41,454 nt of DNA. It comes from a virus. Taxonomy: Duplodnaviria > Caudoviricetes. The stretch spans positions 1-41,454 of IMG/VR virus record IMGVR_UViG_3300017648_000200. One strand, 5' to 3'. The stretch's first letter is position 1. Each line of letters starts with the position of its first letter. Both the position numbers and the translations under genes were made by a program. Positions 35,827-41,454 of the stretch are shown here, piece by piece. The notes below the pieces were generated by a model. It saw only the letters and a program-made list of their open reading frames with translations. It was not told where the DNA came from and ran no database searches.

Positions 35827-36113
35827 GCAATGAAAAAGAGATCACTCGCAGATTTTCCAAGAGGATCACTATTGCAAGCTTGGCCGCTTTCTTCGGAATC
35901 GCCGCTGTGGGATTGCTGATTGGAAATCCACAAACCGCCGCCATCGTTGAAGCTCTCGGCCCATGGGTCGTGGCATTGCTCGCGATTTACATGGGTATCG
36001 GACATCTCGATTTTCGGACGTCAAAGGGCATTCCGGGATGGTTTTCGGACATCCTCAGTTTGGCGTTCACGCGACGTAGAGATGACAAGTCGGAAAACAA
36101 GGGAGAGGAATAA
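35823..36113 (+). CDS. Putative holin (two TM helices)
   Basis: Two hydrophobic segments and a charged C-terminal tail; in the lysis cassette. Confidence 0.65.
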   Translation: MSNEKEITRRFSKRITIASLAAFFGIAAVGLLIGNPQTAAIVEALGPWVVALLAIYMGIGHLDFRTSKGIPGWFSDILSLAFTRRRDDKSENKGEE

Positions 36114-36487
36114 TGCTGATCTTCTCCAATATCCGATTCATCCTCAGTCTATTGCTCGCTGCCATCCTGATCGGCGGCTGGCTGTATATCAGTCATCTGA
36201 AATCGAAATTAGCTGAATCCGACGCCCAGCTCTCGCTTGCGAATGCACAATTAAAGCTAACCATTGACGTCGCCAATTCGAACGCGGAAGCCGTGAAACA
36301 GGCTGATGCTGAGCATAAGAGGACGCTTGATCTACTCAATGAAGTCCAGACGTCTCTCAATGAAACGAGCCTTATAAACCGTGAATTAGAGCGCGAGATT
36401 GCTTCAACCACACCCGAAAACGATGGCCCTATAGCACCTGTCCTTGAAAACCTTCGTAAGCGAAAATTCGCCGGTGGTGTTCAATGA
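36113..36487 (+). CDS. Inner-membrane spanin (Rz-like)
   Basis: N-terminal TM followed by coiled coil. Confidence 0.8.
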   Translation: MLIFSNIRFILSLLLAAILIGGWLYISHLKSKLAESDAQLSLANAQLKLTIDVANSNAEAVKQADAEHKRTLDLLNEVQTSLNETSLINRELEREIASTTPENDGPIAPVLENLRKRKFAGGVQ

Positions 36488-36747
36488 AGATGTTTATCGG
36501 TGTCGGTGCGGCTATTTTATTGATTTCTGGGTGCGCTCATAAGCCTGCGGTCGAAGTCGTGACGAAGGTGGAAACACGTCAGATTCAGGTACCTGAGGCG
36601 CTGCTCACGTGCATGCCTGAGCCTGAAGCACGCGAAGTCTGGAAATCACAAAAGGACGTCGCGCTGTATATGATACGTGTGTCTGAAGCTGGTGAGGATT
36701 GTCGTCAAAAGTTGGACGGCGTGAGGAAAATATTGGATCAGAAATGA
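36484..36747 (+). CDS. Outer-membrane spanin lipoprotein (Rz1-like)
   Basis: Lipobox ISGC; VPEALLTCMPEP; DCRQKL. Confidence 0.82.
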   Translation: MKMFIGVGAAILLISGCAHKPAVEVVTKVETRQIQVPEALLTCMPEPEAREVWKSQKDVALYMIRVSEAGEDCRQKLDGVRKILDQK

Positions 36748-36750
36748 CAA

Positions 36751-36772
36751 AACCCTCGGAATTCCGAGGGTT
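36751..36772. terminator. Terminator between convergent genes (perfect 22-bp palindrome)
   Basis: AACCCTCGGAATTCCGAGGGTT. Confidence 0.75.
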
Positions 36773-36795
36773 GATGGCTTGTAATTGATGAGAAT

Positions 36796-37095
36796 TCAGT
36801 AGCTGAAGCACCGTTCTTCTTCTTCCAAAAGCTCATCTTTATGACGTTCGATATATTGAATGGCTTCAGATGGAAAATCCAGATACCGCTGCGGGTTCAA
36901 CGTTGGAATTTTAATGCTTTGCTCTTCGCGGTAATCATTCATCCAGTCAATTATGATATTGTTTTTATTGACATAAATTTCAAAGTAGCTCGCGATATCG
37001 AGCATGCATCTTCCGTGTCCGGTAAGCCATACAATTGCTCGGCGGTCACCGTCGTAGTCAACAGATTTTACCAAGGGTGAATATTTATTGCTCAT
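36796..37095 (-). CDS. Hypothetical protein
   Basis: ATG 37095 after GAGGA. Confidence 0.7.
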   Translation of the reverse strand: MSNKYSPLVKSVDYDGDRRAIVWLTGHGRCMLDIASYFEIYVNKNNIIIDWMNDYREEQSIKIPTLNPQRYLDFPSEAIQYIERHKDELLEEEERCFSY

Positions 37096-37130
37096 TTTAG
37101 GGTTCCTCTCATTTTTGCTTTTGTTTTTTG

Positions 37131-37157
37131 AAAAGGCCCCGGTTTCTCCATGGGCCT
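37131..37157 (-). terminator. Intrinsic terminator
   Basis: Minus strand AGGCCC...GGGCCT-TTT after the 37180 stop. Confidence 0.5.
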
Positions 37158-37179
37158 CCTTTCTCATTAATGGGTTTAT

Positions 37180-37431
37180 TTATGCGGCTTCTTCAACGTC
37201 TTCGATTGGATTTTCAGCAAGCCACTCTTTGAGCTGCTTAACAATGGCATCATAGATTTCATCTGAGAAATTACCATTTATCATAAGATGACTATCGCCG
37301 AGGTTGTTGACGAGAAAATTGTGATCGTCAGCATCGAGCCATTCCAAATTTTCTTCTCCTGCTACATTAAACGTCAGAGCCGCCGAGCCTTCGATGAATT
37401 CGCGCTTGATATTAGTAATAGTTGTAGTCAT
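37180..37431 (-). CDS. Small acidic hypothetical protein
   Basis: SD GAGGA; 83 aa. Confidence 0.72.
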   Translation of the reverse strand: MTTTITNIKREFIEGSAALTFNVAGEENLEWLDADDHNFLVNNLGDSHLMINGNFSDEIYDAIVKQLKEWLAENPIEDVEEAA

Positions 37432-37485
37432 TTTATTTTCCTCTCATGAGACAGTCGGGTTTGTTTGTTTGCTGCTCATATAAAA

Positions 37486-37514
37486 ATGATGGTTCGTATT
37501 TATGATCAATACAA
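37486..37514 (-). promoter_or_regulatory. Promoter with GTATT-N7-AATAC operator
   Basis: TTGTAT-N17-CATCAT; palindrome 37496-37512. Confidence 0.65.
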
Positions 37515-37669
37515 GTACCATTTTTGATTATTTTTCTAACTACTGCAAAATTTGTTGTCCGACATTGATGAATACAGGTGAATTATTTGAATTTACTTAT
37601 TGCCATCTACTGTTTTCATCGGCCGATTTCTCTTAAATGCATTTTCGCCGACAAAAAAATCGGCGCTTT

Positions 37670-38278
37670 TTAGATGCCGATTGCTTGTTCAAGGTTGTCG
37701 ACCCATTCCGCCACCGGCGGAATTCCCCATTTGCATGCATGAAGCCCGACACGACCAACATCGTATTTAGATAGACCTGTCGCGGCGACCAATTGATCAC
37801 GAGATGCCTGACGCGAAGCGTAAAACCACCTCATCATCAGAGCTTCGTCACTCGTGAGTTCGTCTGCGTGCTTATTATTCGCGCCAGGTACTACGGCTTC
37901 ACCCGTCAGAGCCGCTCTATACAACGCACGCGTACGCGATTTCGTTGTCAGATCGCCGACAGTCCACGTATCGCGCTCACGGCCGAAGGGATCATGGTAG
38001 CCGTCAAAAGTAGCTACGATTTCCTGAGCCAATTCTTGACGAAGTACGTCGAGGGCATCGGCGGATATCTGTCGATATCCATTGCTTTCGAGCTTATGTC
38101 CGTGCTGATACCAAGATTGTCGGGGAATACCGAGCAACCCCGTGAAATCCTCGGTTTTCCAGCCTTTCCGAACGAGCTGCCATTTTACGTGCAGTAAAGC
38201 GTCGCGGATCTGGTCGGCCGTCGTGTGTGAGGGATGAATTGGATATGGGTTCAATTTCTTTGCGCTTACATAGACCAT
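37670..38278 (-). CDS. Putative double-HTH DNA-binding protein
   Basis: EDFTGLLGIPRQSWYQ and SRDQLVAATGLSKYDVGR. Confidence 0.55.
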   Translation of the reverse strand: MVYVSAKKLNPYPIHPSHTTADQIRDALLHVKWQLVRKGWKTEDFTGLLGIPRQSWYQHGHKLESNGYRQISADALDVLRQELAQEIVATFDGYHDPFGRERDTWTVGDLTTKSRTRALYRAALTGEAVVPGANNKHADELTSDEALMMRWFYASRQASRDQLVAATGLSKYDVGRVGLHACKWGIPPVAEWVDNLEQAIGI

Positions 38279-38571
38279 AATTTTTCTCCCCTTTTTTCTT
38301 CGCGGATGATCAGCCTTTCCTCGATATCTTCGTCTGTCAGTTGCTCGACAAAATCGCCGTCCGAATTTTCAATGAAGTTCGGTGCGTATATGCCGTGCTC
38401 AGCGAGCGCTTTTACATGCTCGATAGCATCGAGCGTTTCGTCGACATAAAGCGTCATTCGATGCCCATTTTTTGTATCGACAGTTACTAAGTCGAACTCA
38501 TATTCACATTCTTCGACGGAAATGATTCTTGCGTACCGAGCGATTGTATTTTCAAATTCTCGTAGTGACAT
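38266..38571 (-). CDS. Acidic hypothetical protein
   Basis: SD AAGGAG; overlaps the next gene. Confidence 0.72.
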   Translation of the reverse strand: MSLREFENTIARYARIISVEECEYEFDLVTVDTKNGHRMTLYVDETLDAIEHVKALAEHGIYAPNFIENSDGDFVEQLTDEDIEERLIIREEKRGEKLWSM

Positions 38572-38606
38572 AGCTGCTCCTTTGTTTAAATTATTACTGT
38601 ATAATA

Positions 38607-38635
38607 ATGATGGTTCGTATTAACACTTAATACAA
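38607..38635 (-). promoter_or_regulatory. Promoter with GTATT-N7-AATAC operator
   Basis: TTGTAT-N17-CATCAT; palindrome 38617-38633; flanks match the 37486 copy. Confidence 0.65.
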
Positions 38636-38669
38636 GTGTTAACTACGCCGATAGAAATACGATTCTATA

Positions 38670-38717
38670 TTTCCATAATGCACTCATTACATCGTTCCAT
38701 TGAGTGCATTATGGAAA
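38670..38717. repeat. Perfect 17-bp inverted repeat with 14-bp spacer
   Basis: TTTCCATAATGCACTCA / TGAGTGCATTATGGAAA. Confidence 0.85.
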
Positions 38718-38808
38718 ACGTATTTTATTCAGGGTGTTAAAGCGGATTTTGTGTCTTGCTTGATACGACGCGACAATCGTTTTCTACGAGTAAATAAGGA
38801 GAAAACCC

Positions 38809-39351
38809 ATGCTTAAAAGACAGATTGTCGCACCATTTAAGATGACAGCTAAAGCTCTGATATGGCTTGAGAAAATGATAATTGCGGTGCTGAATTCGAT
38901 ATTGAAAATATTTGGTTTAAAACCGATGCCAATGCCTGCGCGAGAGATTCCGCAGCTATCTGTGAAACCTGAAGATATATTATCGGAAGTTGGAAAAGAT
39001 GGGTCTGAGGTAGGTAGTCCAGCATCGGAAAAGCTTATGAAGCCGACAACTGATGCAGGACACACGCTTTACAGATATGCGTGTGCGCAGTCCCCGAACG
39101 AGCGTTCTACAGTAGACCTGTCGGCACTCTCTGATGATCAGCAATACTGGCTTTTCACACTGTCAGATGCTGATTTAGCTCGCTTATCGAAAGCGGGGAT
39201 AGACGCATGTACGAGAGCTATGGATGGCAAAAAATGCGGTGTTGGCGGTCTGCCAAAGTTTGAAAGACAGGAGACTGCTGAAGCGCCAAAAGTGGAGTCA
39301 CACTTGGCCAACAGAATTCATGCTTACAGATTGAATCCTGCGTTCGCTTAG
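38809..39351 (+). CDS. Hypothetical protein
   Basis: SD AAGGAG; amphipathic N-terminal helix. Confidence 0.72.
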   Translation: MLKRQIVAPFKMTAKALIWLEKMIIAVLNSILKIFGLKPMPMPAREIPQLSVKPEDILSEVGKDGSEVGSPASEKLMKPTTDAGHTLYRYACAQSPNERSTVDLSALSDDQQYWLFTLSDADLARLSKAGIDACTRAMDGKKCGVGGLPKFERQETAEAPKVESHLANRIHAYRLNPAFA

Positions 39352-39707
39352 TAGCAATTTGTACTAATTGCGCCGCTCGGAGTTCGCACCGAACGGCAAT
39401 TCACAGATCGGTTTGAAGCTGCTGCACGACTATATACGTTCCCGGCATTATAAAAACCTTGGCTCATAGCTTGTGCAGCGCGTTGCTGCCTTACACCATT
39501 GTTATATCGTGTAGCCGCGTCGCGACGAGATTCTGCGTCAAGACAAGCTTTAAATTCTGGATGATTATATCCGATGCTTTGATCGACGCATTTTTGTGCA
39601 ATTGTCTGAGCCCAAGCTTTTTGTTGACTGTAGCTCAATTCATTTACGGATTGAGTCTGACAGCCCGCGAGTAAGACTAAACTACTCAAAATAATGATTT
39701 TTTTCAT
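39348..39707 (-). CDS. Lipoprotein (possible superinfection exclusion)
   Basis: MKKIIILSSLVLLAGC lipobox; paired Cys. Confidence 0.75.
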   Translation of the reverse strand: MKKIIILSSLVLLAGCQTQSVNELSYSQQKAWAQTIAQKCVDQSIGYNHPEFKACLDAESRRDAATRYNNGVRQQRAAQAMSQGFYNAGNVYSRAAASNRSVNCRSVRTPSGAISTNCY

Positions 39708-39764
39708 CCCCAATTCCCCTTTCCATATGTTTATAAATGAAAGAAATTGAGGGCGCTATCAGTT

Positions 39765-40061
39765 TTAACGATTACGCATCCGTTCAAGCAGAGCCTGACG
39801 CTGATTCAATGCTCGCGTCAGGCTTTCGTTTTTCTGACGTTCAGCGGCGAGTTCCTGAGCCAAGCGCATAGCAAGCTTACCCATTTCCTCAGCATCACGA
39901 ACAACCTCGGCGACAGCAGCATCATATCGAGCATCGTCTTCAGCCTGTCGCGCTGCACGCACAGCTGCCATGCCGCGCTGATGAGCATCGTAAGCACCCG
40001 ACGCTAGAAAAGCGATAGTAGCAGCCGATCCAAAAACAATGTTGTTGCCCTGGTTAGACAT
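39765..40061 (-). CDS. Coiled-coil hypothetical protein
   Basis: SD AGGAG; 98 aa helical. Confidence 0.7.
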   Translation of the reverse strand: MSNQGNNIVFGSAATIAFLASGAYDAHQRGMAAVRAARQAEDDARYDAAVAEVVRDAEEMGKLAMRLAQELAAERQKNESLTRALNQRQALLERMRNR

Positions 40062-40264
40062 GGTTGATCTCCTGAGTTGCTGGCCGATATAGCAGGATCT
40101 ATTTGAGTTGTCCGGGCATTTTTTAAATTATTTTCAAGCAACATTGGTTAACTAGATAGGATTTTATCTAGTTTCGTCAACATATTGTATTGCTTACGCA
40201 ATTTGCGCCGATGAATATTTGAGTGCACGATTCCTTTCTACTTACATATCGAAAGGAAATCGAA

Positions 40265-40927
40265 ATGACATATACAGGAAAAATAGGACTTTTTAAATAT
40301 AGACAGAATTACTCAAATTCTGATCGATACACATCTGTGTCAAAAGGCTGCTTACATTTACATCCAGAAGCTGTTCAATCTATTGGCCTTAAAATAGGCG
40401 AAAAATATACTGTCGAAAAGGGTGAGGAAGTCGGGACTATAATTCTCAGACACTCAAAATCGCCGACCGCTCCGGTTCTAAAAGTACCAGAAAATATACG
40501 ATTTCAGCCGACTTTTGTTCTGGAATTCCTCGGAAACAATGCCCGTATTTCTGCGCAGGATTTACCGCTCACAGATATCGCTTTTGAAGTGTCTGGCGAC
40601 AGACTCATCGCTCGACTTCCTGCTGCAGTGAAAATATCGGCTCTTCAAGCGAAAAAACTGCGAGAAAATGAAGAAGCTGATTACAGAGACATTATACGCG
40701 GATATCGCGGTGCGGCGGCTGCTATCGTGCTGGAAGCGCATCGGTACGGAATGAAAGACACACCGATTGCTCTGGATCAGATGATATCGCTGTTGCGTGA
40801 AGAGGGGCATCGGATAAGCCAGATAAATGAACGCTTGTGGCGACTGGATGAGCAGACTGCAACGCTTGGCGACTTGATTCAGCTAGCGAGAAAATATGAA
40901 GATGGATTAGTGCTGGTCGCGGCGTGA
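40265..40927 (+). CDS. Hypothetical protein (possible AbrB-like N-terminal fold)
   Basis: ATG 40265 after AAAGGA; GCLHLHPEAVQSIGLKIGEKY pattern. Confidence 0.68.
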   Translation: MTYTGKIGLFKYRQNYSNSDRYTSVSKGCLHLHPEAVQSIGLKIGEKYTVEKGEEVGTIILRHSKSPTAPVLKVPENIRFQPTFVLEFLGNNARISAQDLPLTDIAFEVSGDRLIARLPAAVKISALQAKKLRENEEADYRDIIRGYRGAAAAIVLEAHRYGMKDTPIALDQMISLLREEGHRISQINERLWRLDEQTATLGDLIQLARKYEDGLVLVAA

Positions 40928-40971
40928 CAGCAACAAAACATTGTAATTGCACAGCACTAAAACATTGTAAT
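40927..40971. repeat. Direct repeat, 21 bp x2 (24-bp period)
   Basis: ACAGCAACAAAACATTGTAAT / ACAGCACTAAAACATTGTAAT. Confidence 0.8.
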
Positions 40972-40986
40972 CCGACATCACAAAAC

Positions 40987-41009
40987 AGGCTTCTTCGGAG
41001 GCCTTTTTT
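40987..41009 (+). terminator. Intrinsic terminator with UUCG loop
   Basis: AGGCTTC-TTCG-GAGGCCT-TTTTT. Confidence 0.85.
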
Positions 41010-41232
41010 GTTGCCTATTTTCGACGTCGCACAGCTCAATGTAACATATAGGTTACAAATCCCAATCATCCTGAATTTTTCTGATTTGATGTGAGTTGCA
41101 GGCAACTCGGGATGCCGCTTTATAAACTTCAGACCCGACGCCTCATCACTCGCAGCGACGTACGATTTTCTGACGCTTTATGATCCTGACGACATAAAAC
41201 CAATTATGTTGTCAGGATCATAAACCATCTGC

Positions 41233-41454
41233 TCAACTCGTGCTGTTGAGGATGGCCAGCTCATCGGGGTCCAGGACGACAGTATACCGATACCGAGCAT
41301 TGTGCCGATCTCGGCCATAAATCCCAGATGCCACAAATGAGATCTGCAATCCTTGTTCAGGCGTGGCTTCCACGTGAGTTTCACAGATCGGTTTATCATA
41401 AATCGTCGCGGAATCTGAACCTTCGCGCCGAGCTGCTCCCACTTTCACAAGCAT
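41233..41454 (-). CDS. Hypothetical protein (phage end or flanking DNA)
   Basis: 73-aa ORF whose ATG is at the window end; upstream context not visible. Confidence 0.5.
   Translation of the reverse strand: MLVKVGAARREGSDSATIYDKPICETHVEATPEQGLQISFVASGIYGRDRHNARYRYTVVLDPDELAILNSTS

Larger units (their letters stand above)
1..41009. mobile_element. Temperate siphophage-type prophage (lambda-like head, plasmid-type replicon); boundaries approximate
   Basis: Integrase, Rep, cos/terminase/portal/protease/capsid, tail tube/chaperone/tape measure, and endolysin/holin/spanin all present in phage order; att sites not seen. Confidence 0.93.

Noticed and set aside
41010-41230. tRNA or att core at the right end
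   Set aside because: No tRNA-like sequence recognised, and the left flank is not available for comparison
1440-41399. Many short antisense or overlapping ORFs in the track (e.g. 1492-1866, 10700-11284, 18556-19056, 26769-27275, 41178-41399)
   Set aside because: They shadow well-supported genes and lack an RBS or motifs

Overview
The window is a nearly complete ~41 kb temperate siphophage-type prophage. The host is probably an alphaproteobacterium such as a member of the Rhizobiaceae; this is inferred from GTTC-N7-GTTC LexA boxes and protein character. It runs from a tyrosine integrase (starting at base 1) through a metallophosphoesterase / soluble FtsH-like AAA protease / Zn-ribbon operon and a plasmid-type Rep_3 initiator beside an array of palindromic iteron-like sites. 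It continues with an SOS-boxed Y-family polymerase cassette, a lambda-like cos site and head module, a fibre-like gene block placed between capsid and connector genes, and a non-contractile tail module. It ends with a T5 A1-like phosphoesterase, an amidase/holin/spanin lysis cassette and small accessory genes. No CI-type (HTH + S24) repressor, Q-type antiterminator, ParAB or helicase was recognised. The most notable signal is regulatory. (i) An exact 12-mer TAGAATCTTGCA, which contains a CcrM GANTC site, occurs five times on the + strand ahead of late gene blocks. (ii) A perfect LexA box overlaps the endolysin promoter. (iii) A GTATT-N7-AATAC palindrome sits in three promoters. Together these suggest a developmental programme wired to host SOS and methylation regulators. 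All protein calls come from motif recognition and synteny, not database searches. The att sites were not identified.
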